From assembly GCF_006345805.1 (NCBI RefSeq), contig NC_042997.1, positions 185,690,001 through 185,754,000 of the forward strand: a stretch of DNA of 64,000 nucleotides, given 5' to 3'. The translations under genes and the position numbers were made by a program. The DNA is from Octopus sinensis (taxonomy: Eukaryota). The notes under the pieces are model-generated. The model did not search any database, was not told the origin of the DNA, and saw only the letters and a program-made list of their open reading frames with translations. The stretch's first letter is position 1. Each line of letters begins with the position of its first letter. Below are positions 50,293 through 63,945 of this stretch, in pieces.

Positions 50293-51778
50293 TTTCGTTA
50301 TATATTTTTTATTCATTTTTAGAGCTACATTAACTCTGTACCAACTACTGATGGTAACAATATATCTTTCCATCCGACATCTTCTAGACAGCTACACGTC
50401 GACGAGTTTGAGGACAAACCATGGATGTATGTCTTTCTACATTCTTCAGATTATCGAATCGCGTAAATCAACACGCTCCATACGATTTATCAGATATTTG
50501 TGTCTCTATCGTACTGGCAAGAAACAGTGCTTAGAACAACACCTGGAAGATGTAACTTATCAAAAACACAAGGCTATATTTTCCTAGCTTAATTCCTCCG
50601 ATGATTAAACTGCTTAGAAGGGTGGTAGTAGAAACTGAAAATTCCTCAAAATCAGCTGTAGGCTGGCAGTGTCTTTACAGCGTCAGTTAAAATGCTTTGC
50701 TAGTTAGAAAAAAGCGTCAGATAGGCTTGCTTACGACTGGTCTGCCTCCGGCCGTTTGTGCTGTTCGTTTCGGATAGGATAGCTTATTTCAGATTTCCTA
50801 ATCCCCTGCTATGGATTACTTGAGAATATATTTCTGAAAGCCCTGACAAAAGGTACTGATTCCGGTGCTGCCTCGTTCTGCCCCGTTCTGCGCTAGATGT
50901 CATTTTTCTGTGTTGCTACTTCTCCACATTTGAACCGTCTAAACTATTCTTGGTAGCCACCTTAGTATGTTTGTAGCTGCCACTGTATAAGCGAGCACAA
51001 ACTCCTTGTGTAAGTTTAATACTCCCAGATGAGCGGGGACACATCATCAACGAAGGATTCGAAGTAATTAAGTATTTGATTACATCATAAACCATCGCAT
51101 TTCGATGTCCAGAGACACAATAAGCGTTGATCTGGCTCTAGCATGCGTCCCAACAACACGCATAATGAACACACACACATATACACATCTATACATGCAC
51201 TCACAAACACATTCACACTCGCACTCACACCACACACGCGCACGCACATAGTCGCATATGAGAGAAACTACTTTCAAAACACACAAAAATGGAATTTCTC
51301 GGTGTTTGTTTCTCTAGTAAAAAATGAAAATAAAAAAATGCCCCCCAAAAAATCAACAGGCAAAAATCACTTGATTCAAGTAGCTAACACAAGTTTATTT
51401 TTCCCTCGTTTGATCTCAAGCAACTTTTCGTATATCTATTAGTATCAGGTTGCAGTTTAAAACTACTAGTCTGTAGCAATCAGAGCTTACAAGGTGCGTC
51501 GGAGATAGTGGCCGTAAATGGAATGGGGTGAGTTTGAAAAGGAAGCGTTCACCGTGCAGAAAACTTCCAGTCTTTGAAATACTCTACAAGAACAGGTGAA
51601 GAGTTTGAATGGATACTACGATAATAAGTATGAAGCGGCTAATAGAATACGGTGGCGATGGTAGGGGAAATAAAGCGAAAAAGAATGAGAGGGTATGGAG
51701 GACCAAATTCTAAGAAGACAATACGTAATACGTTCATTCATATAACTATGTATATTTTATATGTGTTTTATATTTTCC

Positions 51779-52345
51779 TTGCGACCATGCTGGGGCGCTG
51801 CTTTCAATGGCTTAGTCGAACAGATCGCCGCCAGTATTTATCATTTCATGTATAGTATTAATTCTAACGCTCTCTTGAGCCAAACAACTGAGCTACGGAT
51901 ATGTAAACAAACCAACACTGGGTGTCAAGCAATGGCAGGGACAAACAAAGCACGGATACAAACAGACACATACATATATGTATACATATGTATGTATTTT
52001 ATCATTTAATTTTCACTTGTTTCAGTCATTAGACAGCGGCCAGGCTGAGGCAAGGTCTTGAAGAATTTTTTAGTCGAAGGAATCGTCCACAGAACTGTTT
52101 TTTTAGCCTGGTACTTATTCTATGGATTTCTTTTGCCGAACCACTAAGAAACGGGGACGTAAACACACCAACATCGATTATCAAGCGGTGATAGATGACA
52201 AACAGACACAAAGCTTGCGCGCACGCAAATAAGTACAACGGGCTTCTTTTAGTTTCTGTCAATCAAATTCACTCACAAGGCATTTATCGGTCCGAGGCTA
52301 TAGTAGAAGACACTTGCCCAAGGTATTACAGGACGCAACCACAAC
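51779..52345 (-). mobile_element. Two adjacent diverged CORE-type SINE copies
   Basis: 3' tails at about 51779 and 52013, each followed by body sequence. Confidence 0.7.
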
Positions 52346-52717
52346 TGCGCTTCCATGTGTGTCTATGTCTGTGTTTATATGAACATATCCATGTTCGTTT
52401 TAAGTCCTTTATTAGACATTCCTTTCTCTCTGTTCACTTATATCATAACCTTATATAATTCATGATTATCGCCAGCATTTGTTAAACATCTCTTGTGAAA
52501 AATACTCATTAATATATATTGCGATTAGCCGCTGGGCTGAATAAAAATCCGAAGTACGAAAGTAAAATGGCAGTGGATATGAAAAAAAGATATCTTTGTA
52601 GACCATACGTCACCGATTGCCAAGACAACGCAATTTTTGTCTTAGATAAAATATCTCATTGACGTGGTGTATTAAAAACAATATTTGTCGAAGTGTGACA
52701 CGGTATATCTATTTAAT

Positions 52718-52761
52718 TATCTGTCTGTCTGTCTGTCTTTCTGTCTGTCTGTCTGTCTGTC

Positions 52762-52833
<72 letters not shown>

Positions 52834-52855
52834 GTCTGTCTGTCTGTCTGTCTAT

Positions 52856-52899
<44 letters not shown>

Positions 52900-52910
52900 A
52901 TACCTATCTA

Positions 52911-52940
<30 letters not shown>
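52718..52940. repeat. (TCTG)n/(TCTA)n compound tetranucleotide tract
   Basis: Read directly. Confidence 0.95.
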
Positions 52941-52941
<1 letters not shown>

Positions 52942-53922
52942 CCCCTCCATCTTTCACTGTTTTCTATCTGTCCCTCTCCTTCTGTTTCTCTTTTTCTCTC
53001 TCTCACTGCTCACACGTGACCATCCTCCATCTTTCTATTCCTCGCGTTGCCATCTTTCTTTTCCTGCACGGACGTTCAAAAGACTGGACGTTTTTTCCTC
53101 TCTCTCTTATATCTTTTCTCTTTCCAAAGAAAATATTTCTCCCAGCGTTCATTATTTCCCCTCGTTCTGGTCTAACAGCAGTCCATGTTTGTTTCCGTTC
53201 GGTTTCTTTGAATGTCTCCACTGTCCTGTTTTTCTTTCCAACTTCGACCCTCCATAAATCCTAAATTTTATTTTAGAATTTATGGGAGCAACTGTCTTGA
53301 AACTGCCAAAATTGATATGAAAATTTGAGCATGTGCACGTCGAATTTTGCAGAGAAGACATACATGAGAATAGAATTCCAGAGCTCGGGCCTAGAATATA
53401 AGTATCAGTATATATGTATCTTCCGTAAGAAGCTGTAGCTGTGGGAACAGTGGTTGATATGTTATTTGGAAGAGGGTGAAAGTACAGCTGAAGTGGAAGC
53501 GAGACGGCGAATATTTGTACCAAAGGTTACACTCTGACCGTAATTCGTTCATAGATTTTGTTATGGATGTAATCTCGAATATTTGTATGTCTAGAAGCAG
53601 CAGCATCAGAAATATGTACGTCGCATTTATATTGTTTGTACACACTCAATCTCTCTCCCTCCCTCTCTCTGTCGCCCTCTCTCTTTTCTTCTCTCTCTCT
53701 CTCTCTCTCACCCACACACCCACACACGTACAAGCTCATGTTTATATAATTTCTATCGCTCCCCAGTGGCTACAATTCGTCGGTTACGCGTACAGGCTAA
53801 TTTTTCTCCTATACGTTCTCTAGATTTATAACATGCAGTCTATCTCTTTTTACCACACGGTAGAATAAATAGATCGAGAGAAGTAGAGATTGCAACATTC
53901 AATGAAATGTTGATGAAAGCAT

Positions 53923-53953
<31 letters not shown>

Positions 53954-54413
53954 CGCGTCGACGACGACGACGGCAATCACGATGATGGCGATGATGACAA
54001 CTACGTTGATGATGATGATAGTGATGATGATGATGATGATGATGGCGATGGCGACTAGAGCGACGGTGGCGATGCTACGAACAACGACATTCATGATGCA
54101 AAGAAGAATAGGGCAAGGCAGGTGAATGAGAGCGATAGAAAAATGAAGTAATGAAATAAGGAGGGCGTACATGATAGGGAAGTCAATGAGGAGGAAGAGG
54201 ATCATGATAACGATAAAACTTGCATAACGTTGCATACCGGCAAACTGTTCAACCATCGCTCAGTGTTAACATCTAGCAACTCACTTCGGGTCAGTGTTAA
54301 GGATAGGTTATGATGCATGAAGAGAATTTTAGGATTTTTTCTCCTAGTAAGATCGATAAATTGACAAAAGACAATCTCAACATCCATGACTTAGGTACAT
54401 AACATATATAGTG

Positions 54414-54642
54414 TTTCTTTATTACCCACAAGGGGCTAAACATAGAGGGGACAAACAAGGACAGACAAACGGATTAAGTCGATTACATCGACCCCAGTGC
54501 GTAACTGGTACTTAATTTATCGACCCCGAAAGGATGAAAGGCAAAGTCGACCGTGGCAGAATTTGAACTCAGAACGTAACGGTAGACGAAATACAGCTAC
54601 GCATTTCGCCCGGCGTGCTAACGTTTCTACCAGCTCGCCGCC
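54414..54642 (-). mobile_element. Full-length Meta-like SINE (tail M1) with 15-bp TSD
   Basis: TSD acataacatatatag at 54397-54411 and 54648-54662. Confidence 0.9.
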
Positions 54643-54726
54643 TTCAAACATAACATATATAGACAGACGCACAACATATACCTATAGTACATATGTAAAT
54701 TTATTATATATATATATATATATATA

Positions 54727-54907
54727 AATACAAAATGGGACAAGAACGCAAAAAAAAATGGAGACAACTAAGTGATACAAAAAGGGACAGCAAAACATCC
54801 AGATAGACGATACAAAAAAGCAAGGACGGGTCATTCGAAGCCTTTTATCTTCAGTCAAGAACCGCATCATCCTCGCAATTTCGGCTGATTAATCTTGAGA
54901 TTGCTCT
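54727..54907. mobile_element. Unclassified interspersed repeat (copy of 27011-27405 family)
   Basis: Direct similarity to 27011-27190. Confidence 0.7.
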
Positions 54908-55155
54908 TATATATATGTGTGTGTATGTGTGTGTGTGTGTGTGTGCGCGCGCGTGCGTGTATGTGTGTGTGTGGGGGAGTTCGTGCGTGTTGTGTATGTG
55001 TGTGTAGACAGAAAGATGGATATACATGTATATGCATATGTATGTACAAAATATATACGCACGTAAACGTGTACTTGTGCATGTATCTCTCTTTCACTCC
55101 TTCTCTCTATCTGTCTGTCTGTCTCTCTCTTTCTCTCTGTGTATATATTATTTTA

Positions 55156-55725
55156 TTTGTTTCAGTCATTTGACTCTAAGGCCACGCTGGAGCACTGCCT
55201 TTAGTCGAGCAAATCGACATCAGAACTTATTCTTTGTAAGCCTAGTACTTATTCTATCGGTCTCTTATGCTGAACCGCTGAGTTACTGGGATGTAAACAT
55301 ACCAGCATCGATTATCAAGCGATGTTGGAGGAACAAACACAGACACAAACACACACACAAGCATATATATATATATATATATATATACATTTTATATATA
55401 GAGGGCATTATTATACATGCATGCCACACGCTAAGAGGGACAAAATTAGTCATTTCCACCAAAAATTTTACTAATCCCACCGAATGCAATTTTTCAAAGT
55501 AAGACATTTAAAAATATGGACTTGTATCACCTGTGATTTCATACCTCTGTATTCATCAGCAAGTCTGGACGTATCATAAATAAACGAACCCAACTCGTGT
55601 AAGCCGAGCAATATATATATATATATATATATCAGTTTCCGTCTATGAGATCCACTCACTAGGCTTTGGTCGGCCCGAGCCTATAGTAGAATACACTTGC
55701 CTAAGATGCCGCGCAGTGGGACTAT
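55156..55725 (-). mobile_element. CORE-type SINE interrupted by an unrelated ~250-bp segment
   Basis: The 3' half is at 55156-55355 and the CORE-containing part at 55634-55725. The (TA)n linker is split around the insert. Confidence 0.6.
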
Positions 55726-55777
55726 ATATGTAACAGAAACGGTAAATTGCAGTGGGGATGCGGCGTGGTTTAGTGAT

Positions 55778-55975
55778 AATCTGTTGTTCTTCCGATTCCT
55801 CGTCCAGGCGACGTGTTGTGGTCTTGAGCAATACACTTCATTTTATGCTGCTCCAATCCCCTCAGCTGTCAAAAATTAATGATCCTGTGAGAAACCGCGT
55901 CCCGTCTAGGAGGGAAAACTATTTGCTATAGAATCCAGGAAACCGGCTTTATGATTCCTATGATCGGGAAGGACT
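55778..55975 (+). mobile_element. Diverged SINE head D + V-like tail
   Basis: Contains gcggcgtggtttagtg...gtcttgagcaatacacttcatttt..gctccaatcc.ctcagctg...cgcgtcccgtctagg. Confidence 0.55.
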
Positions 55976-56589
55976 TTCTTGGTGGTAAGGGAACGGTAAC
56001 TTAAAATTAAACATTAATTGATTGCAATGTTTTTCTCAGCCTGGCCCAATCAAACAAAGCCTCTTATTCAAAGCAATATATATATTTAACTTTAAAGAGT
56101 CATCCAAGTTTAATGTAATTTATATCATTCTCGTCGTCAAGTCCCGTCTTGTTATCAAACATTGAAAGTAGCTTCGAGTTTATAACAAGCTTTTCAAGCA
56201 TACATGCGTGTATGTCCGACAGTATGAATGTGTGCGTTGCGCGTGTGTGCGTGCGTGTGTGTATGTATGTGTGTGTGTATGGTATAAAGAAAAACGACTT
56301 CAGAAATACGTCCTTGGGAGATTATTAAGAAAAGGAACCCAACTGACACTTGTGATAGACAGGAGTGGAAACAACTAATATGAGTAGAAGAGAGACTGGT
56401 GCTGGTTCAGTAGTTAACATTGGAAGAAAAATACAGAAGGAAAATAGAGTCGTAGTAAGTACTATATGAACCTAGCACTGGATTAAAAACATCAGATAGA
56501 TGAATTTGAAAATACTCTACGGAATTTCTTCTAGGAAGCAATCATGTACAGAACTGAAATCATTGCACGATATTATCTGATACTGTTAA

Positions 56590-57227
56590 GACGGCGAGCT
56601 GGCAGAAACGTTAGCACACCGGGCGAAATGCTTAGCAGTATTTCGTCTGCCGCTACGTTCTGAGTTCAAATACCACCGAGGTCGACTTTGATTTTCATCT
56701 TTTCGGGATCGATAAATTAAGCATCAGTTACGCACTGGGGTCGATGTAATCGACTTAATCCCTTTGTCTGTCCTTGTTTGTTCCCTCTGTGTTTGTTCCC
56801 TCTGTGGGCAATAAAGAAAAAAGAAACGTTAGCACACCGGGCGAAATGCTTAGCGGTATTTCGTCTGCCGTTACGTTCTGAGTTCAAATTCCGCCGAGGT
56901 CGACTTTGCCTTCCATCCTTTCGGGGTCGATAAATTTAGGCAGTGAGCTGGCAGAAACGTTAGCACGCCGGGCGAAATGCTTAGCGGTATTTCGTTTGCC
57001 GTTACGTTCTGAGTTCAAATTCCCCGAGGTCGACTTTACCTTTCATCCTTTCGGGGTCGATAAAGTACCAGTTACACACTGGAGTCGATATAATCGACTT
57101 AATCCGTCTGTCTGTCCTTGTTTGTCCTCTCTGTGTTTAGCTCCTTGTGGGTAGTAAAGAAATAAGTATTTCGTCTGTCTTTACGTTCTGAGTTCAAATT
57201 CCACCGAGGTCGACTTTGCCTTTCTTA
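56590..57227 (+). mobile_element. Meta-like SINE multimer (four nested or tandem units)
   Basis: Units start near 56590, 56822, 56938 and 57165. Junctions include aaagaaataagtatttcg and aaagaaacgttagc. Confidence 0.88.
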
Positions 57228-58076
57228 CGAATAAATAAATATTTCTAGGTGAGATGAGCTAGTCTGAATACGTTCGTTGAATGTTTCAAATATGATTTCC
57301 AAATAGTCTAGCTGAAATTTTCAAGAAAATGAGGAATGCGCATAATTTTTATTCATCAGGATATTACACTAATTAGCCGCGCTTTCTGGTTCATTCTGTT
57401 GTGGTAGCAAATATTTCTAACTAGCAAAGGCTTTTATACTGGTACTCTAAAATTTCCTATTATCTTTTAAATAGGGACTTCTATATATATATCCTCCATC
57501 TACCCTTCCCTTAGTAGATGGATGAAGGTGCATAGGCTTTTCATCAGTTTATTTTATCTGTGAGCCAAGGCGTGGTGTTATCTCGAGGAATTTCTATTGA
57601 CTTTTAATAACTAGTGCCACACCTGTTTTAGCTTCGGTCACTGGGAAACCTTGCAATACTATTGTAACGCAGTAAGACATTTTTGGCCAACACAACAGCA
57701 CGAATTTTGCGTTCCTCCAAATTCAGCTTTGACATAGCATTCATTTCTAACCTAGGCACTAGTGAAACGATTTATTTATATATTATTGCAGAGAAACTTG
57801 TCACTGAATCAATATTGTTTCGTTACTGTTAATTTAATTTATAGGCCCCAGAAAGTCGATACCAAAGTTAAACTGAGAGGGATTTAGGCACAGAATAAAA
57901 AGGGGTGCAACGAAGTTATTATTTTTGTTTAGGTGCCCTTGAAATCCTAATACCTAATGCGCTTTTTGTCTGGTTGATATTCTGAAAGAAAATATAGTAG
58001 AGGATAGCTGAAACAGAAGGGATCCAGGGTAAATGTTTGTGGTATGTAATTACGCACCTTTCTGTTCTTCTCTCAT

Positions 58077-58394
58077 ACGCGTTGCTTAGTGGTTAAGGTA
58101 TTTGGCTCACGTCCGTAAGATCGTGTGTTCGATTCCCGGTTACGCGCTGTTGTTCTTAAGCTAGACACTCTGTTTCACGTTGCCCCAGTCCACTCATATG
58201 GCAAAAAAGAGTTGTAGATGTAATGCAAAGGGTCGGCCTTGTTACATTCTGTTTCAGGCTGAATCTTTTTGAGAAGTACATTAAGGGTACGTGCGTCTGG
58301 GGAGTGATCAGCCACTTGCAGGTTAATTCCACGGACTGGCTGTTCCGTTGATCAAGTCAACTAGAACACTCGTGGTCGTAACCGACAGAATACC
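58077..58394 (+). mobile_element. Diverged SINE: head D + tail F
   Basis: The D core tttcacgttgccccagtccactc is joined to aaagggtcggccttg...ttaagggtacg...cagccacttgca.gttaatt...gtcgtaaccgac. Confidence 0.75.
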
Positions 58395-58655
58395 TGTGCT
58401 AGTGCTCCCTCAAATCCCGTCGGAAAAAAACTTTACGTTTCATCCTTTAGCCGTTGATGTAAACGTGTCGACATCTCCATGTAAACTACGGCATCATTAT
58501 GGTTCGAATCCTCAGTAAAAAGTCCATCCATGCATTATATTAATTCGTTTATGTAGTCGTAAAAACATGAAATCAGAAATTTCCATAATTGTTTTACATT
58601 AATATGAAAGAATTTGGATCCATTCAATAGCAGTGACCAATATTCTATAATGTAT

Positions 58656-58980
58656 AGACACAATGGCCCGGTGGTTAGGGCAGCAGACTCGCAGTCGGAT
58701 GATCGCGGTTTCGATTCCCAGACTGGGCGTTGTGTGTGCTTATTGAACGAAAACACCTAAAAGCTCCACGAAGCTCCACGAAGCTCCGGCAGGGGGTGCT
58801 GGCGACCCATGTTGTACTCTATCGCCCCACCTTCTCTCACACTTTCTTCCTGTTTCTTGAGTAACGCTGCGATGGACTGGCGTCCTTTCCAGCTGGGAAG
58901 GAACAAATACGCCATAGAAACCGGGAAACCGGGCCCATGAGCCTGGCTAGGCTTGAAAAGGGCGCATAAATAAATAATAA
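58656..58980 (+). mobile_element. SINE: head C + V-domain-like tail
   Basis: Head caatggcccggtggttagggcagcagactcgc; tail gagtaacgctgcgatggactggcgtcc...gggcgcat(aaat)n. Confidence 0.85.
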
Positions 58981-59487
58981 ATTGTATTGTATTGGCATCC
59001 TTTCTGTCTCGGGAGACAATGGAGTTGCGCATTTTTTTTTTTTTTTTTGTAGTCTAGTCCGGCTTTTATATTTCATGTCCTGATACATTTCCTGCTGTGG
59101 CTGTGTAGTTCTATCCTGGACAAACACTCCCTCTGGCAGGTACCGCAAATGTAAATGATAAATATTCTATAATAAAAAAAGCAAAACTCCCTGATAGTCA
59201 TATACCAAGTATAACTGAAGTTTTTGGCAGAAATGCACCATAAATAAATCGAAGAAGCTATACTTCAGTGTCAAAACAAAAACAGCAGTGAAGATGGTGA
59301 TGGCCTTCCTCTAAAATCGGTGTAATTTGATAGTCAATATACTTATTATTGGTAGATAAGATAATAGCTAAGTTTATTTTGACAAGTTTCAAGCATAAAC
59401 ACTATGAATTACCTTATGCAAAGCACAAGACATAGTCTTTTTTTCTCTTTGAGCAACAGATTTAGTTTTGGTTACGTGATGTTTTAA

Positions 59488-59575
<88 letters not shown>

Positions 59576-59615
59576 ATATATATAATATATATATATATGT
59601 GTGTGTGTGTGTGTA

Positions 59616-59647
<32 letters not shown>

Positions 59648-59929
59648 TGTGTGTGTGTATGTATGTATATATATATATACATATATATATACATATATAT
59701 ATATGTATATATATAATATATATATATAGATATAGATATATATACATATATATGTATATATATGACTATGTGTACATTTGTATGTGTGTGTGTGTGCGTG
59801 CGTGTATGTATATATACAAGCTTACTTGGTGTTACAATTTTCTGGTTTTCTTTACGTTTTTCTTTTCTACATTTGTTCGTTCGTTTTTTTTTTGTTTGTT
59901 TGTTCTTTCACTTTTTTTTATATTTTGCG

Positions 59930-59965
<36 letters not shown>

Positions 59966-60414
59966 TTTCTCGACGTTGACTGTCTGGCGAAAAAAAAAAA
60001 AGAATTTTGATGCATGAGATTAGTTCACAGTTGAATTGTGAGAACCGAGGTTGTATTACTGCAGCTCACCCGGCTACTGTTTAGATTCTAGATTAGACAG
60101 GAAATGCTGAAATATTATCGTCAGGAACTTAGAAATGTTTCAAGAGCAATGACACTGAACTGAAATATGGAAAAGGTTAGCATTTATCATAAAAGATTCC
60201 AATAAGTGATAATATTCGTTTGCTGAAAATTCCGTTTCCGTTCTTTGCTGCTTCTCTCACTGTTTCTTTCTCTTCTTTTCGTTTTTATTCATAATTCTTA
60301 CCTTCAAAATACTTGGTATTATTGTTATGTGAAACTTTATACTCTTTATACGATCGTTTGTTAATATTCATTACAGGAAAATTAGTGTTTATCTTCTGTC
60401 TTCTATCCTTTATT

Positions 60415-60635
60415 TAGTTTAGTCATTAGACTGCGGTCATGCTGGGGCACCGCTGCGAAGAATTGTTTTGTCAAACGTATCGACCCCACTACTTATTTTT
60501 TCTGTTAGAAGCCTGGTACTTATTCTATCGATCTCTTGTACGAAACCGCTTGGTTACGGGATGGGGCGGCTAAACAGACCAGTGCCAGTTGTGAAGTGGT
60601 GGTAGAGGACAAACACAAACACAAAGACACACACA

Positions 60636-60691
<56 letters not shown>

Positions 60692-60830
60692 AATTCATAT
60701 ATACGACCGGTTTCTTTCAATTTCCGTCGAACAGATCTACTCCCAAGGTCCGAGGCTATAATAGAAGACTTGCCCAAGGTGCTACGCATTGGAACTGAAC
60801 CTGGAACGATGTGTTTGGGAAGGAAGCATC
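60415..60830 (-). mobile_element. CORE-type SINE, diverged
   Basis: Tail tttagtcattagactgcgg, body, and CORE-like gacttgcccaaggt. Confidence 0.75.
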
Positions 60831-60831
60831 T

Positions 60832-61248
60832 TATTTCTTTATTGCTTTATTGCCCACAAAGCGTTAAACATACAGGGGATAAACAAGGACAGACAAAGGG
60901 GTTTAAGTCTATTACATCAACCCCAGTGCGTAACTGGTACTTAATTTATCGACCCCGAAAGGATGAAAAGCAAAGTAGACCTCGGCGGAATTTGAACTCA
61001 GAACGTAACGGCAGACGAAATATATGTTTCTTTACTACCCACAAGGGGCTAAACACAGAGAGGACAAACAAGGACAGACAAACGGATTAAGTTGATTATA
61101 TCGACCCCATTGCGTAACTGGTAGTTATTTAAATCGACCCCGAAAGGATGAAAGGCAAAGTCGACCTCAGTGGAATTTGAACTCAGGACGTAACAGCAGA
61201 CGAAATACCGCTAAACATTTTGCCCGGTGTGCTAACGTTTCTGCCAGA
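60832..61248 (-). mobile_element. Meta-like SINE dimer (tail M1)
   Basis: Two bodies and one head; junction gacgaaatatatgtttctttact at about 61015-61035. Confidence 0.88.
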
Positions 61249-62307
61249 ATCTTACCACTCAGTCACACCCGTTATGTAAAACTTGGTAGTCTTAATAAGA
61301 TCGTTACAAAAATTTAGTGTTTAGTTCAATTTTTGAAAGCAACAAACAAAGCACATATACAATATTTAAAATGTGTTTTCAAATCCTGTCTACGATGTTG
61401 TTGCTAAATGCTCGTTGAACTATTTCAAAGAAAAGCATAAATTTAATGTTTGAAATAGCTTTAACCAAGGAATGAGATCCAACATTTCTTCATTTCCAGA
61501 ATTTCTCTCTATTTTTTTTTTTTTTGCGAAATATGTACAAAAATACGGAGTTTATGATTCATGTGTGAGTGTGTGTTCTTGATACTCGTTTAGAACAAGT
61601 AGTTTTACACCAATTACACTATTTTTTCTTAGTTTAAAGGCCGTGGACTGAAGATGTGAAATTTCCGAAGCCTCTCCCCCACCCCCCTTTCGCGAGCGCG
61701 CATTTTTTCATGATAGTCGTTTTAGAGCAAGCAAGTTGTTTTACACCTATTACGCTGTTTTTTGTTTTTGTTTTTGTGCCCGGTTCAGACGCTTTCGGAA
61801 ATTCCCGATATAAATTTTCCGAGGCCTCTCCCCCCCCCCCTTCGCGAGAGCGCACTTTTTTGTCATATTCGTTTAGAGCAAGTTGTTTTACACATATTAC
61901 ACTTTTTTTTTTTTTTTTGGTGCCTGGGTCAGCCCCTCAGACGCTTTCGGAACTTCCCGATGTGAATTTTCCGAGGCCTCTCCCCCACCCCCTTTTCGCG
62001 TGCGCGAATTTTTTTTTTCTTATTCGTTCATAGGAAGTTGTTTTACACCTATTACACATTTTTTTTATGATTTTCTGATAATCGTAACGCCCTATATTAA
62101 CCAATATTTTGCCCGGTGTGCTAACGTTTCTGCCAGAATCTTACCACTCAGTCACACCTGTTATGTAAAACTTGGTAGTCTTAATAAGATCGTTACAAAA
62201 ATTTAGTGTTTAGTTCAATTTTTGAAAGCAACAAACAAAGCACATATACAATATTTAAAATGTGTTTTCAAATCCTGTCTACGATGTTGTTGCTAAATGC
62301 TCGTTGA
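61217..62307. repeat. 202-bp direct repeats (61217-61418, 62106-62307) bracketing a ~152-bp minisatellite
   Basis: The two copies differ at one visible position. The inner 61653-62070 region holds about 2.7 imperfect units (tttccga.gcctctccccc...cgcg...gttgttttacac). Confidence 0.9.
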
Positions 62308-62382
62308 TCCAGTTAGCCATTGAGCCAATTAACGATTTTCTTAAAACCTTCAAATTGATAGTTGCTGGCCAGAGTATAAATA

Positions 62383-62764
62383 ACTAGCAGTATCGCCCGG
62401 CGTTGCTCGGGTTTGTAAGGGAAATAACTATAAGGCATTTTTAGAGAGTTATAGCCAAAAAATAGAAAAAAAATGGGGAAAAAATTATGGTAAATTTTTT
62501 TTGATAGTTAAAAAGGTCGAGTTGCGTCCCCTAGACCATCTGTGGTTTGTGTTTCTGATTGTCGACCCCATGTCGAATTTATCGATCTTTTTCAGAACTG
62601 GGGGAACTTTTCAAAATTTCGCTGCGTTAGTTTTGAATTATGACATTGGGCTATGTGTGTGTCATAGTTTCTCAGAATCGGTTGAAAGCCGTGGTCAGGG
62701 GAGGGTACAACCTAACAGACACACAGACACGCACACAGACAAACTGCCGTTTATAGAGAGAGAT
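62383..62764 (+). mobile_element. Non-autonomous Helitron/Helentron-associated (HINE/DINE-like) element
   Basis: Starts ACTAGCAGTATCGCCCGGCGTTGCTCGGG (subterminal hairpin) and ends with an (acagac)-type microsatellite and tttatagagagagat|t. Confidence 0.65.
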
Positions 62765-62775
62765 TAGTGTATAGT

Positions 62776-63153
62776 GGAGGCGCAATGGCCCAGTGGTTAG
62801 GGCAGCGGACTCGCGGTCATAGGATCTCGGTTTCGATTCCCAGACCGGGCGTTGTGAGTGTTTATTGAGCGAAAACACCTAAAGCTCCACGCGGCTCCGG
62901 CAGGGGATGGTGGTGATCCCTGCTGTACTCTTTCACCACAATTTTCTTTCACTCTTACTTCCTGTTTCTGTTGTACCTGTATTTCAAAGGGCCAGCCTTG
63001 TCACCCTCTGTGTCACGCTGAATATCCCCGAGAACTATGTTAAGGGTACACGTGTCTGTGGAGTGCTCAGCCACTTACACGTTAATTTCACGAGCAGGCT
63101 GTTCCGTTGATTCGGATCAACCGGAACCCTCGTCGTCGTAACCGACGGAGTGC
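62776..63153 (+). mobile_element. Full-length tRNA-derived SINE: head C + tail F, with 11-bp TSD
   Basis: A/B-box-like head, terminal hairpin gttccgttgat-tcgg-atcaaccggaac, and TSD attagtgtata at 62763-62773 and 63159-63169. Confidence 0.9.
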
Positions 63154-63682
63154 TTCCAATTAGTGTATAAAACAATTCGCAATCTAATTTTTGTTAATGA
63201 TAACTGAATTTGTAATTAGAAAGACAGAATTATATCGGAATAAGCTACTTTGAAGGTATTTACTACGCTGCTGATAAACTGTTGGACTTTGACGTCTAAT
63301 CTTCTACACGCTCATACACGCAGGCACGCACGCCTCCCACACACGCACACACACATACACAGAAAAAACATGTGCGTACACAAACGGGAGAAATGATTTC
63401 CCATGCAGCTGTTTGGCGCTTGATAGAAGTGTGTGTGTGTGTGTGTGTGTGTGCGTGCGTGCGTGTAGGCATTTGTGCAGACACGTGCGCGCGTCATTGA
63501 ATGTAAACGCAAAATGTTTTCCTTCTTTACAATCTTTCCCATTTCTATTGTTTTTCCTTTCTTCCAGCCTCTCATATCTTATTACATATTTCTAACGAAA
63601 TGTTTTCTCCGGCCGGTAAATTTTACACATTTCTAGTCGTATTTCACTGTGCTTGAGCATATATATATATATATATATATAT

Positions 63683-63945
63683 TATATAAAATCCGTTCTG
63701 TCTGTGTGTGTGTGTCTTCTAGGATCTCAGGCATCCTCCATCCGATTATGCTCAAATTTGATATGTAGATACCGACGGTATCAGGGCGTGTATAAGTCTT
63801 GAAAAAATTACAAAAATTGATTCCAGGTGAGAATGCGATCGATAAAGCCGTGGGAACGTGCAATTGTGCGCGCAAGTACACCAGCTGTTGCGATCGATAC
63901 TACGCGTGCGCGAGAAAAATGCAATATGTCTCAAATTTAGGTTAA
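63683..63945. mobile_element. Helitron/HINE-like terminal fragment
   Basis: tatataaaatccgttctgtctgtgtgtg...ccgattatgctcaaatttgatatgtagat resembles the microsatellite-bearing end of such elements. Confidence 0.45.

Noticed and set aside
50600-51060. Possible decayed LINE endonuclease on the minus strand (ILSET)
   Set aside because: Only a single weak motif amid stops.
53353-53424. 72-nt phase 1-1 candidate exon xKTYMRIEFQSSGLEYKYQYICIFx
   Set aside because: Splice signals are good, but there is no recognisable homology or linked exon; chance is plausible.
62776-62850. Functional tRNA in SINE heads (also 16899, 47120, 58656)
   Set aside because: The anticodon and acceptor stems do not pair, and the heads continue into SINE bodies.
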